Shown here: piece after piece, positions 37,806 to 51,278 of the stretch
How the letters are laid out: the number at the start of each line of letters is the position of its first letter
Position numbering within the stretch: the stretch's first letter is position 1
NCBI RefSeq assembly: GCF_006345805.1
Contig: NC_043000.1
Span: 70,866,001-70,930,000 of the forward strand
Direction: 5' to 3'
Source: Octopus sinensis
Lineage: Eukaryota
DNA length: 64,000 nt
Notes under the pieces: generated by a model
Told to the model about the DNA's origin: nothing
Database searches by the model: none
What the model saw: only the letters and a program-made list of their open reading frames with translations
Position numbers and translations under genes: made by a program

Positions 37806-39289
37806 GAGTAACCTGTTAATCTGCCTGCTTTGGTTGTATAATTGATCTGTAGTCTACACTATGTAACTGCATTGAGAGCAAGTGCTTTCAATCTAATTAT
37901 GTTCACTCAAAAGCTAATTTGTCATCAATAAATTTAATCAAGTTTCTGCATTATATTACATGTAGCTGTCAAGGTCACAAATTCATGAGAATCACACATC
38001 TGTAACCTAGCTAAACTACATCTCAAGAGGTTAAGGTTCCTCTTTAAAGGGAAAAAAAAATTGTCATTGAATAGCTGCTAACTCTGCAAGGAACAACTTG
38101 CTCCATACATAAGCATTCTAGAACAGAGGTGGGTAACCTATGGGTTTCTGAAAGAAATGCAATGTTTAAAGTAAAATTAATGTACTGGGATATAATTTTG
38201 TTCTTTTAATTTTATTTAGAGTTTATCTTTTCACTTAACTGCAAATTTTAGAAATATCTATTTATATTTTTTTTACTACATTTGTAGTTATTTGCTTTAA
38301 TTCCAAATGTGTTTAAAACATGGAAATCCAAAATGTTTGGAAGAAAGTTACAGAAGTGAGCATTTATTCTGAAAATCTGCTTTTTAAACATTGTATTAGC
38401 TTTTATGAATTAGCAAAATTTATAAAATAATAGGATTAGCAACACAATTTTGTTTTAAATGTGGTCTTGTTGGAAGGCAGTTAACATCAATGCAACCTTC
38501 TAACAAAAAGTTTCCCATCCTCCGAAAGAAACATTCAACTGATGAGCAAGTTTTAATTTACTAACATTATAAAAAACTAAGCTATCAATAAACTGCATAT
38601 CAGCACTGCCACCTCCATTTTCATATGAAAAGTAAAAATTGTTGAGTCCTATTTAAATTACCTATACCAAAATATTTTTTTTATTTCCTATTATCCCTTT
38701 ATCATAAAATTTGATTGACTCTGTTTATTATAAAAGCAGCAAAGATTTTACAACTCCTGTAGTCACTTTATTAATTGATAAATTATCCTTGTAATGTCTT
38801 GAAAGAAAACTAAATGAGTTGGCCTCATGATGGGCATGTGCCTGTAAAACATTCATGAGATCAGTCCAACCTATGCTGATGTAGAAAATCAGATGAAAAA
38901 TATGTTGACTGTTTATTTACAAATGTTGCAAGAATTTAATACTGGTTGAACACACAAACTCAAGCATGACACATAAGGAGAGAGAGAATTATTATTCCCT
39001 ATTCAGCATGTATTAGTGTGTGTGTATGTAATGAAACTGGAGAAGACAAACAGATGGAGAAAACTGTAAAATATGGATAGATAGAGAAATATATGATATC
39101 CTCTCTTATGTTCATTTTGTACATTGAAAATCTGCTCTGGCATCCTATTACTGCCATCGTTATCTTCTTCTCAACTTCTTTCACCTACCCTCATATAGTG
39201 TGGGTTAACCATGTATCTCTTCCTTTGCAAGACACTTGTGCTTCCACTAGCATACTTTAGCTTCTTGACACCTGGAAAAAAGTCACCTG

Positions 39290-39720
39290 CCTGCTAAATA
39301 CTCCCTTCACTTAGTCTTTTCTCTCTTGCAAGTTACTTGGCAACCTCACTAGTGCTGGTGTACTGAGAAAAAGCAACCAGTATGCATTGTAAGGTGCTTG
39401 GCATATGGAAGGATATTTAGCCATGGAAATCATGCTAAAGCAGATATTAGAGCACAATATAGCCTTGTGGTTCCTGTCAGGTTGTGTAACCCATGCTAAA
39501 CACAGTAAACAGACATTAAATAATGATGATGAGTTTATACTATATATATATAGGTAGGTGCAGGTGTGGCTGTGTGGTAAGAAGCTTGCTTCCCAACTAC
39601 ATGGATCTGGGTTTTGTTACATGTTGGGCAAGTGTCTTCTACTATAACCTCAGGCCAACCAAAACCTTGTGAGTGGATTTGGTAGGCAGAAACTGAAAGA
39701 AGCGCATAGTGTACGTATAT
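39290..39720 (+). mobile_element. Degraded RTE 3' fragment followed by SINE family A 5' half (39555-39720)
   Basis: Matches to family motifs seen elsewhere in the window. Confidence 0.7.
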
Positions 39721-39754
39721 ATATGTATGTATAAGGAAACGAAGAAGATTATCA

Positions 39755-42700
39755 ATCAACAAACATCAGCCTGCAAACATTCATTTGGATCTGTTTATTA
39801 ATTACAATCATATGTATAAGTAAGTAAATAAAAAAAATAGTAACTGAATAAGAATAAATGAGTCAATAATATTATACTCTTACAGCTGTTTCTACTTTAG
39901 GGGGTCCAACTTGCCACGGTTTACACATTATACCAGTATTATACAGAGATTGTACAAAGGTTGAACAAAAATTGAGCCCCAAAGCTTCTTCATAGAGTCC
40001 ATAATGGTAAGAATCAAACATGTGAGGAAGTAAAATAAAATAATAAAAATAGTACATAAGTACAATAGTACAATAGTACAATAGTACATAAATATACATA
40101 AGTTATGAGATTACATCTTATAGTAAAAAAAAGTCACTTTTGGAAGTAATCTCCATAGGTTATGAGAATTGGGGTTAATGGGATGGTCCATATCACAGGG
40201 GCCAAAAGTTAGAAGCTAACGGCTATATCATAGAATTAACAGGGTTAACTTAATGTGAACTTATTTGCGGGAATCAATACAAAACTATATCAATGAAGAT
40301 ATAATTTGTGTAAAAATTAAGTGTACTGTTATTACTTATTAATAAAAATAAAAAAACTCATCCTAATACCCCTATGGTGAGGCCAAAGTTAATCCTACAA
40401 CTTAATTGGTCCACTTATATTTGAAAACAGTGGCATTGTTCAGGTCCGTTAAATCTATCAATAAAATACAAAACAAATAAATGAAAATACTTGAGAAATG
40501 AATTGTCTAAGGGGCCTTACATACTAAAGGAGTAGTAAATAATACTTGTGGTTAGGGATATGTTATGAATACATCTGAGATAGATATCGATTTACATATA
40601 ATTGTATGAACGAGAAAAGAAAAGATAAAGGAATGGAAATATGTACATTCATGGACTATAGCTATAATAACGATAAAATGAATCCAAAACAGGTACTCGT
40701 CAGCTCCACTAATGATAATTATAATGGTTGATGTGAATAATGCAACCACCAAAGATAGATATAACTTCAATATTAGTAATTATAATAATAAAAATAATAG
40801 ACCAACAAACAGTAATCCTAATCATACGAACCAAGGAAATGATACTGTCTGGCTAATATTACCATATGCTATACAAATCGAAAAGAACTTAGTAAAAATA
40901 ATCTTTAAACTAATTAACAAACACTTCATAAAAGGAAAAAATAAATATTAGGAAATTATTAATAGTAAAACAATGAGAATAGGTTATAACCTGCTCACTA
41001 TCATCTCTATGAATAATAAAAAACTTGACACTTAAATAGAAAAAATAATAATAATAACAGCAGACATAACAATAGTAACTACATTGCACCATATGCTACC
41101 CCCAATATATACACTAACCATACCAGTGTAGACCCCAAACAACAGTATAGACCTTGTGATTGTAGAAATAGTAACAATTGCAATAAAGAAGAAATAGTTC
41201 ACCAATGTATAGCAACTACTGGTTTGAGTAATTATATGAGATAAAGGTATTAGTTATGACCTCCATTGGAAAAATTTAGCTGAAGCCCCAGTGTATGATT
41301 TAAGGAATAGGAAATGTTATTTGTGTATAAGTGAAATCCTATTTATATTAAAAGCCAACCTTCCTCTACATAACAGTAAAAAAGAAAAGTATGTTTTCTG
41401 GCTTCATAAGGCTAAACACACTTTCTCTAAATATTATTGATATTAATTGTCATTAGCATTAGTATCTCCTTTGATAATAACAGATCATTGGGACTTGACA
41501 CACACCCCCCCATAGTGTAAATTTTTATTACCTCTTTGCCTGATTAAATATTTTCTAATACTCCTAAATATACCTCACTTTATTTGTTTGCCACTAGTCA
41601 CCTATTCCTTAACCTTCTCTGAATTGCAAACATATAAACCCATGAGCATTACTATTTGCATTATACCCCTACACTTGTTATAGGTAATATGAATTAATTT
41701 TTACTCTCTTTCTGAGCACTATATATTGAATGCCATCCTTTTCTACTATATACGATAACTTTCTCTATATACCTTATATATATATTTTTTCTTAAGCCAG
41801 CTTTCATGAGGATGTTACTCCATATATTCCTAAGCATTTATCCATGAGTGTTGATTTATATACTTATTAATATTTGTACAAGTAGGTGTATTCATATACA
41901 GCTCATGACAAACTACCCCATAAAATTACTATCCTTTCATCTCTATCCTAGCCCGAGTAATTCTCATTATATTTGTAATGAATTTTATAATTTTACAACC
42001 ATATGCAATTATAATACACATAGGTTCATTGCTTTCCTTTAAGCTCTACTTCTATCCTAACCTGTATACCCTATGTTTCTCTCTATAATTGAAATTAACC
42101 TCAACATTATTTTAGTGCCTAAATATCTCTCCGTATTATATCATAATGTATTACACAGTTGCCTCCCTTCAGCCAAAGTCTATAATTATGAATGTATTTT
42201 CATTCATTTCTTTTCTCATTCAGACAATTACTTGTCACTTGGAAATGTAGCTTAGATCCCTTCATAACAGAATAACATATCCCTGACTGCAAGTATTATT
42301 TACTACCCCTAAACCTTATTTTAGTGCCTAAATATTTCTCTGCATTCTAATATAATATTATAATACTATAATGCATTACCCGGTTACCTCCCTTAGCTAG
42401 AGTCCATGAATGTACATATTTCCATTCCTTTTTCATCTTTTCTTTTTCTCGTTCAGACAATTATTTGTAAATCGATATCATCTCAGATGTATTCATAACA
42501 TAACATACCCTTATCCACAAGTATTATTTACTACTCCTTTAGTATGTAAGGCCCCTTAGACAACTCATTCTTCAAATATTTGCTTTTATTTGTTTTGTAT
42601 TTTATTGATAGACTAGCTTAAGGTGACCTGCTCTATGCGCGGGTGAGGGTGTGGTTGTTTCTTATCGCTACATTCTCCCTCTTTGTTTCTCTCTCACTTT

Positions 42701-44635
42701 CCCATTCTCTTACTCTTCCGTTTTCTCGGACTCTCCCTTGTTTTCTCTTACGTGTGCTCATAAAATCACAAAAATAATTCAAAATTACTTAAAATTTTGT
42801 GAAATTTGATACTTTTTTCTGGAATATTTTGATGGTTCGTGATGCAAATGAAAGCTAAAATTTTGGCCTTTAACACAATGCCATTTTTACTCATGTCAGC
42901 CAAATAATGCAAACAGAAAAAAATTAAATCTAAAAATAGGGCAAAAATGTGTTCTTTTTAAAAGTTGAAAAATTTTACTGCCCTTTCAATATTCCCCCAA
43001 ATTTTTACACCCACAATTAAAGATAACCGCCCCTAGCCCCTGCAGCAACACGAAAAGCCACCATTATTCAAACAGCGCAATCTGTCTATCCCATAACACT
43101 AAATTTTTCCCATATTCCTCACCATGGCAATCAAACGGTAGCCCCGAGCAACTTGCAACCCTCCTCACACCACTGCCCACCCCAGTGTAAATTTTGACCC
43201 TATCTACCACCCCTTAAACTGTTCCCATCCCAAAATGAGACAACCAAGAAATCAAGCAACTTTTTCGCATTTCAGATTTATAGATATTGATGATTATGAT
43301 TATATATATACACATATATATATGTATAAACATTATATATATATATATATTTATATACACACACACATATATATATATATATAAATTAACACAATATATC
43401 TGATTAATAATATGTTATGATTGTGTAGTGGTGGTCGGTGATAATAATTCACTCTTCTAAAAGACCTGTGGCGGGAATTATTAAACTTTTGTAGCTGTCA
43501 ACGCTTTCTCTCTATAGATACAGACAGACGTACGGTGAGAGAGGTGGTGGAAAAAAGAGTGACAGAGAGACAGCGAAGGTGGAGAGGGAATGAGAGTGGA
43601 AGGTGTCAAACATCATTATAGAGAGAAATTGGAGGGAATGAAGGAAAGAGAGAGATTGAGGAAGACAGGGTGCTATCCAAAAGCGAGAAACAACAAACAC
43701 TTGTCAAAGTCTGGGTTTTGTTGCCCTAGTAACCACAGCTTTTGAGATAGGGGTTTATAACCTAGTCCAGTTGCTTCCTCGCCTCTTTTTACATGTCCCT
43801 GTAAATTTTGGCACCAATCCGACCCCAACTACCGCCCCTTAAACTGTTCCCACTCCAAAATGAGACAAACAACTTTTTCGCATTTCAGCTTTTTAGATAT
43901 TGATTTAACGGACCTGAACAATGCCATTGTTTTCAAATATAAGCAGACCAATTAAGTTGTAGGATTAACTTTGGCCTCACCCTACTCACCATAGGGGTAT
44001 TAGGATGAGTTTTTGTTAATAAATAATAACAGTACGCTTAAATTTTACCCAAATTATTTCTTCATTAATATAGTTATGTTCACATTAAGTTAATCTTGTT
44101 AATTCTATATCTTATTACATAGTCGTTAGCTTCTAACTTTTGACACCTGTGATATGGACCACCCATTAACCCCACTCAACTCCGTTTTACCCTTGCTGTA
44201 ATCCCCCAGTAAATTGAAATAAGATGTAATTCTCTTAACCTATGGAGATTACTTCTAGAAGTGACTTTTTTAGTATAAGATGTAATCTCAACCTATGTAT
44301 ATTTTTTACTATTCCCTTACATTTTATTTTATTTCCTCACATGTTAGATTCTTACCATTATGGACTCTATGAAGAAGCTTTGGGGCTCAATTATTGTCCA
44401 ACCCCTGTCCAATTTTTGTTCAACCTTTGTACAATCTCTGTATAATATTGGTATGATGTGTAAACCATGGCAAGTTGGACCCCTTAAAGTAGAAACAGCT
44501 GTAAGAGTATAATATTATTGACTCATTTATTCGTATTTATGTATTTTTTATTTACTTATTTATACATGTGATTGAATTAATTAATAAACAGATTCAAATG
44601 AATGTTTTCATTCTGATGTTTGTTGATTTATAATC
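39755..44635 (+). mobile_element. Penelope-like relic with an inverted about 0.9-kb repeat
   Basis: 40790-41430 encodes degenerate VWLILPY...KLINKHF...PCDCRN...KCYLCISE (PLE C-terminus). 39755-40670 is the reverse complement of 42390-42612 plus 43904-44635. LGLNYCPTP (PLE N-terminal-like motif) lies in the arms. Confidence 0.7.
42613..43903 (-). mobile_element. Non-autonomous Helitron with a duplicated 5' end
   Basis: Minus strand: A|TCAATATCT 5' end, 3' hairpin ACCCGCGCATAGAGCAGGT then CTAG|T. Second 5' end at 43290. Empty A|T site visible in the other IR arm (40453/40454). Confidence 0.85.
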
Positions 44636-44949
44636 TTCTCCATTTTCTTCTTTGCCTTATAAATTCTGGGTAAATTTCTGCTTTACCTGCACTCATACCT
44701 ATTATTCAATTGCGCTACTGCCCTTCAACAGTATGTATTTTTGATATAAATACATAGGTATACATTCAGTAGTGTATTGGATATTTATTATCCCTTAGAT
44801 GGTTGTTTAACCTCTAACTCATGCAGACGTATATATATATATATATATTAGAAATATTGGGAGTGATGTACAAAGTTAATACATATGAAAGAAAAAGACG
44901 TTAAGAATGCTAGATGGTTGTATATAAAAAAATGTATATATTTATTTAC

Positions 44950-45371
44950 ATATCACATATTATTTCTTCAAATCACATATTTAAGCGCTTTCAACTACTA
45001 CTGTAGTCTCATCAGAAATGTCAGTTTGTAGAGTTTGGCCTGTTTTATATTATTGGTGAATGAAGTGGGGAGAGAGAGATAGAGAAAGTGTGTGTGTTTA
45101 TAAAGGGGACTAGAGGGAGGGAGAAAGTGAAAGAGAGAGAAAGAGGAGTGGTAGGGAAATAGAGGGATGGAGAAGGTGAAAGAGAGAGAATATGTGTGTG
45201 TGTTTTAAAATTGTTTTTTCTCTTTTTTCTTTTTTCTTCCTTTTGGGTCCTTTTGTATTTTTTAGATGACCTTTGTAAGAAATGGAAAGAGAGAAGGAAA
45301 AAGAGGGCTTGTTTTTCAATAGTAGGAGTGTTGCTATGTACACATACACATATATCATTACATATAAATAT

Positions 45372-45435
<64 letters not shown>

Positions 45436-45655
45436 AGGAACTTATTGTGTGCCTGTGTTTTCATAAACATTCATACATATACTGTGTGTTCTTGAAAATG
45501 AGAAAGAAAGAAAGGGAAAAAATATATAAAAATAAAGAAAATATTGTGTCCATTTTTTACTTGGCACTCCCTTGGGTTTCTAAAAGAAGAGGTGGTTGAC
45601 CATTCAATGTTTAATATACATATACATACATAAACACATATCAATATATATACAT

Positions 45656-45695
<40 letters not shown>

Positions 45696-46739
45696 ACACA
45701 TACATATACATATATACATGCACATACACACATACGTACATGTACACACACACATGTACATATACATACACATATATACATACATGCATACACATACACA
45801 TACATGCATACATACATATATACGATCACATATACCAATATATATATAAACAAACAAACTTATCTGCACATATACACATGCCCATATGCATATAAGTATG
45901 TATAAGCATATACATACATACATACATTGCCAGAAGTTTAAGATGTATAATTGTATATATAAAAAAAGAAAAGAGAGAATTCTTTCATTTGTATATAAAG
46001 ATATAGAAAGAGGTTTTTTCCTTTTTTGGTGCAAGTGGTGCAGGGTAGCAATTGGTAACTAAGGTAGTATATCCAGGCTGTCAGCAGTCAGTGGCTCGAA
46101 ATTTGCCAGAAGGGCAATATCTCTGGTGGCAGCAATAAGATAGATTGTATTTCTAATTGAGAGATACTGCAGTTTGTTGGAGAATATACAGTTTTTGTGG
46201 AAGCAGCTGGCAATTAGGGGCACTGGGTGAAGCTGATGTGGTTCTGTCAACAATAGTCCACTTGATGCAGGTATTTTGTTTTGGATGTCACAGAATCTCC
46301 AGAGAAAAGGAGACAGGGAAGTAGAGTTCTCTCTGACCCTGGATCTGAATGAGTGCATGTGCTAGGAGTATCTTCTCTTGAAGTCATTAGCGGTCATACC
46401 CATATAGTGCCTAGTGATACCATCGGATGGTGTAAAAGTGGTTCTGTATACCACAGCCCTTGAGAGGCAGGATCCTTCTAGAGGGAAGGTGGTGTTTCAG
46501 AAGTTGCAGCTTGGGGTTGGGGGTTGTGCAGGTGCATTTTTACATCTGTTGATGCATGCCATATTAGATATGATGTTATCTAAGCAGGAGTAGCTCACCT
46601 TGACATTATGGAGGTTGAAGAGTTTGTAATACTTGTAGCCTCTTGGGAAGTGTTTCTTAACTAACAACAGGAAGCGCCTGGAAACTTCTAGGTGTAAAGA
46701 GGGGTTATACCAGATAATTTTCCTTTTCCTAATCCTCAT
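44950..46739 (-). mobile_element. Penelope-like element 3' part: GIY-YIG remnant, microsatellite-expanded UTR and pLTR
   Basis: RKRKIIWYNP...KKHFP...KLFNLHNVKVSYSC, HYMGMTANDFKRRY and NSTSLS motifs with frameshifts. Downstream TATAAAA and a hammerhead motif. Confidence 0.85.
44979..45019 (-). ncRNA. Minimal hammerhead ribozyme-like motif in a PLE pLTR
   Basis: AUUU-CUGAUGA-GACUAC/AGUA/GUAGUU-GAAA-GCGCUU-AAAU: core boxes, 6-bp stem II, palindromic AAGCGCUU and 4-bp stem I. Confidence 0.65.
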
Positions 46740-46741
46740 GG

Positions 46742-47570
46742 GGTGGAGAAAGAAGGTTTAGGAAACGTCTACATATGTATGAAGCATGTGTGTGAACAGC
46801 CATGCTACATGGTAGTGAAACATGGGCCATGACTACTGAGGACATGTGTAAGCTTGCAAGGAATGTAACCAGTATGCTCTGCTGGATGTGTAATGTCAGT
46901 GTGCATACATGACAGATTGTAAGTGCCCTGAGAGAAAAGTTGGACTTAAGAAGCATCAGATGTGGTGTGCAAGAGAGATGACTGCAATGATATGGTCATG
47001 TGTTGCAAATGGATGAGGACAGCTGTGTGAAAATGTACCACATCCTAGCAGTAGAGGAAACCTGTGGAAGAGGTAGACCCAGGAAGATCTGGGCCTCACC
47101 AAGGCAATGACAACTGACTGAGACCTTTGGAGATATGTCATGCTTGAGAAAACCTGGCAAGCCAAGTGAGACCATAAGCATGGCCTATGGCAATGCAGCT
47201 TAACCAGCCCATTTAAGAGTACCCTTCAATTATTGGGCAATAAACTACACTTGCGAAGACCTATTGAGGCAATTGAAATCGCTGCCTTGGCTGATGACAG
47301 CACCGCCTGATTGGCATCCATGCCAGTAGCATGTTAAAAACACCATTTGAGCATGATCATTGCCAGTGCCGTCTAACTGGTTCCTGTGCCAGTGGTACGT
47401 AAAAAGCATCATTTGAGCATGATCAATGCCAGTACTGCCTGACTGGCCTTTGTGCCCGTGGCATGTAAAAAGCATCCACTACACTCTCGGAGTGGTTATC
47501 GTTCGGAAGAGAATCCAGATGTTGAAACTCCACCAGATCAGATTGGAGCCTGGTGCAGCCTTCTGGTAAT
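46742..47570 (+). mobile_element. RTE-clade LINE ORF2 C-terminus and 3' UTR (degenerate)
   Basis: MLHGSETWAM...ML.WMCNV...LREKL...GHVL.MDE...GRGRPRK motif chain with stops, followed by the family 3' UTR. Confidence 0.9.
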
Positions 47571-47574
47571 GGAG

Positions 47575-48040
47575 GAGACAACCTTCATTAATAAAGGGAA
47601 GAAGTTTGGCATAGTGGAGGTGCGGTTCACCACCAAAGAGGAGGCAGTGAAGCACTCCACAACAGTGTTAAGGTCAGCAGACTTAACACTTCTGCCGACC
47701 TACATAGGAAGACAAAATGCAAGCGTAAGGATTGAAAAGATCCCACCAGAAATAAAAGAAGTGTTGGCAGCAGACATTATGGCTGCCACCGAGGAAGAAC
47801 ACAACAGGTGAATTGGTGGGGATATAGCCTAGAAATCTTGCTCCAAGCCACCCTCCATGACATCGAAGAGTTGCAGTATGAGATTAGCATACTGGAGGAG
47901 AATACACTAAAGGTAGTAGTAGAGGGAAAGAGACCCATCTGCTACCTATGTGGACACAGAGGACACATAAAGATCCACTGCCCTGACTACAAGCCACTCC
48001 AAACTGAGAGTCTACTACAGAACTCCAGAGCGTTGCTGAA
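47575..48040 (+). mobile_element. LINE ORF1 (L1/Tx1-like gag) fragment with a CCHC knuckle
   Basis: RRM-like FGIVEVRF segment and CYLCGHRGHIKIHC. One frameshift near 47808. Homologous to 19949-20320. Confidence 0.7.
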
Positions 48041-48360
48041 GAAACAGTGTAGAAAGTACAAGAGCCAGAGGCTGGTAGTATTGATGAAAGTGACTGCATT
48101 GTCAAGAGGAAGAGAAAATATTTAACTCTGCTCTATATGCTTCTGTGCAATGTTTTAGTGCTCTCATATCGAAAATCTTACAATGTTTTACTGCTCTCAT
48201 ATCTAAAATTGGTTATCTCCAATTATAATCATTAACGACTAAAAGAAAAACTAACCATTTAAAAACTTCATGAAAATAGTTCAAGGTAGAGTCCACCTTA
48301 TTTCCAGGAGGCTACATAGTCAGAAGGAAATAAGTTTGTCAGTGGATAACTGATTTAAGC

Positions 48361-51181
48361 CAGTGCTTCTCAAACTATCTGATGTGGCGTACCAGCAGGA
48401 TTTTTTTTCCAGTGTGCCAGGGACTGGTAATATTTCTTAGTAATATTAATTTATACTGGAAACAATATATATAATGAATTTAATAAAAGTTGACGATATC
48501 TTATATTTATTTTGTAAACAAATAATACAATGTTACATAAGCATTTTATAATCTTAATCTTTAATGTAAAAGGTAAACCTGCTTCTTCTTTGTCATTTTA
48601 TCCAATTGTGGTTCAATTGAAGACAATGCCACACACAATGGAGAATGAATATCCATATTATTTCTGTACTTTGTCTCAATAACACTTGTGGTTGAGAGGC
48701 CAGTCTCACAGAGGTATGTTGAAGGAAATGGAAGAGTTTTCAGAGCAATTTCACTAAGCTAATCCAAAAGGAACCAAGTAATATGGTAATTTTGAAACTC
48801 CTCTTCAATCCTTCCTCCCTAGCCAGCTCCAACAATTTGTCCTCCATAATGACACTTAAGTCATCTTGCAGTGAAATAAATGGATTTCAGATCTAACCAT
48901 TCTCTTTCCGTGGATCTTCTGCTGGAAAGTAAAAACTGAAATCGGGTCTGCCAAATTCGTCAAGTGTTCTCTGATGACATTTCATAGAGATGTAATATTA
49001 AGGTCTTCACCTGCATCAGCGATGATTGTTGCTAATTGATGAAACATGTCATAACAATCTCTTGATATTTGACTCTTCCATGCTTCTAGCTTTTGTTTCT
49101 GTTCATCGATTTTGTCTGCCATTGTAAAACATGAAGCCATCATTCCCTGCATGAAGGTATTGAGATGATTAAAGATGGCAAAGATATCATCCAAATAAGC
49201 CAGCTTGGCTAACCAATTCACATCTCCAAACAATTGTGACCAATTTGGATTTTTGTCCTGAAGAAGCTTGTTTCATAGCTCAAGCACTCTTGACAAGACT
49301 TTCCCCCTCGATAACCAACACACATCATCATGTTATAGGAGCTGTTTATGATTAGCTCCCATATTATCACATAATGCAGCAAATAGTCTACTGTTTACAA
49401 CCTCTCTGAACACACTGCTTAATTCTATTTTCATTTTTTTTGTTGCAAGACTTTCTCAGTGAAGGAAGCAGTGCATCAACTTGTATTCTGGGGCAAGCGC
49501 CTTAATCTGGGTAACCACTCCTGAATGTCGTCCTGTCGTTGTGGCAAAGCCATCAGAACATACATCGACACAAAACTTGAAATCCAACCCACATTTGTTA
49601 ATGATGTAGTTGTTCACACTCTTGAACGCTTCAGAACTAGTTGTTTTTGTTGGCAATGAAGCAGAGAAAAAGAAACTCTTCCTTCAAATCCCTTTCATAT
49701 TCAAAGTGCACATACATCATCAGAATCACCTGATTTAGCAAAGTTTGTGCATTCATCAAGTTGCAAAGAAAAGTACTTTGCTAATTCAATCTGTCCTATG
49801 AGCTGATTTTCCATATCGTGAACCAGATTGTGAATTCATCAAGCTCTAGTGTCATTTGAAAGTGGCACTTGAGCCACTTTCTTTGCCGCTGGCTCGCCTA
49901 GCATTTCCATGCAGACAGCTTGAATACATCCTATCACCAATTGTGTATGGCTTTTTAGCCTTAGCATTTCAAAGTGCTACCTTATAAGAAGCCCGCAATG
50001 CACAAGTATTTATGTGTGACACTTCAAAGATCTGTTTCTGACGGCCTTTTAAATCAACATGCTTTCTTTCAAAGAACTCTTTTAGCTTTGAACTCTTTAT
50101 GTTTTGTATTTAAATGTCTCTTGAGATTTGATGGTTTCATTGAGTCATTAGCCAAGACATCTCCACAAATAACACTACGGTTTTTGCATTCCCCCATCAT
50201 TCGTGGCTACAAAAGCGAATTGAATGTATGAGAAGTCATATTTCCGAGTGAAGCTAGTACAAACTTTTTTTGTCAGCAATACTTTGGTTTCATTTACATC
50301 ACTGTCATCTGATTCAAAATCATGTTCAGCAACTGGATGTCTTGGCTTGATAAATATGTCCATAGGGCCTTGCTTCGCCATCTGTAAATTAAGGATAAAA
50401 ATAATTAATATTGTCGCAAATATTCAAGTGTTTCTATTATTTAATTTTATTTTAAGGTAATTAGTTTTTTCTTTTCTTTTTTCTAATGGAAGAAAATATT
50501 TTCTGTGTGTAACAATTATAATTGAATCTTTCTCTTCATTTCATTGTATTAAAAAGAAAATTATTATTCTGATATAATCTTGAGAAAATGTAACCAATAG
50601 GTAAGGAATTTAGTTAAGATTTTTTGTTCTCATAATTTTAGTTAAAATTTATTATTATACAGGATAAAAATGGGAAAGTTAAGATTATTCATACTTACAT
50701 TCTTAGATCAGTGGGTTATGACAGGGCCCCAAATGACAAACGCACATGTATCCATATCTGTTCAACTTCTTGATGGTAACTGCAGGTGACCAGCCTATTT
50801 ACAAGGTTGCCAGATATCACCACTCACCAGAGCTCCACTACCTCAACTCACTCCTTTTTGATCTCTCCACATTGCTAGAAACTTTCTTTCTATAGGTGCA
50901 AACACTAATATAATCTTAATATTATACCAGTAAGCTATGGTAAATAGAAAATATATATTGTCATATCACAAATATACTACATTTACTAACACAATCTTTA
51001 CCACGGTCAGTGAGTACCATGCTCCACTACCCAGCTGGTAAGTTGTTTACTGTAGTGCATAAGGTGAAATTACTGAAATTATGCTACTGTTTCTTTCTTT
51101 TTCTGGAAACTCGATGCATACCAGCAGCTGATGGCTCATGAATCAGCACTGGTCCACAGACCACCACTTTGAGCTGCACTG
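48361..51181 (-). mobile_element. hAT (Buster/Charlie-type) DNA transposon with a degenerate transposase (about 48570-50381)
   Basis: TIRs CAGTGCTTCTCAAACT / CAGTGCAGCTCAAAGT. 8-bp TSD ATTTAAGC / GTTTAGGC (6/8, central TA). zf-BED RKYD..YI.F...CVICG.VLAN.SMKPSNLKRHL, HCFLH and LAYL.DIF motifs. Multiple stops and frameshifts. Confidence 0.92.
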
Positions 51182-51278
51182 GTTTAGGCGATAAATTAGA
51201 ATATTTTTCTATGAATATGTGGTTATATGTATATGAATAAAGACTTTTATTATTACTACTTTCCTTTCCTAGGAAATT

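Noticed and set aside
38124-38524. hAT-like MITE (CAGAGGTGGGTAACCT ... AAGTTTCCCATCCTCCG)
   Set aside because: The TIR match is loose and no 8-bp TSD was found.
48570-50381. Domesticated ZBED5/Buster-like gene
   Set aside because: Multiple stops and frameshifts with intact TIRs and TSD indicate a dead transposon.
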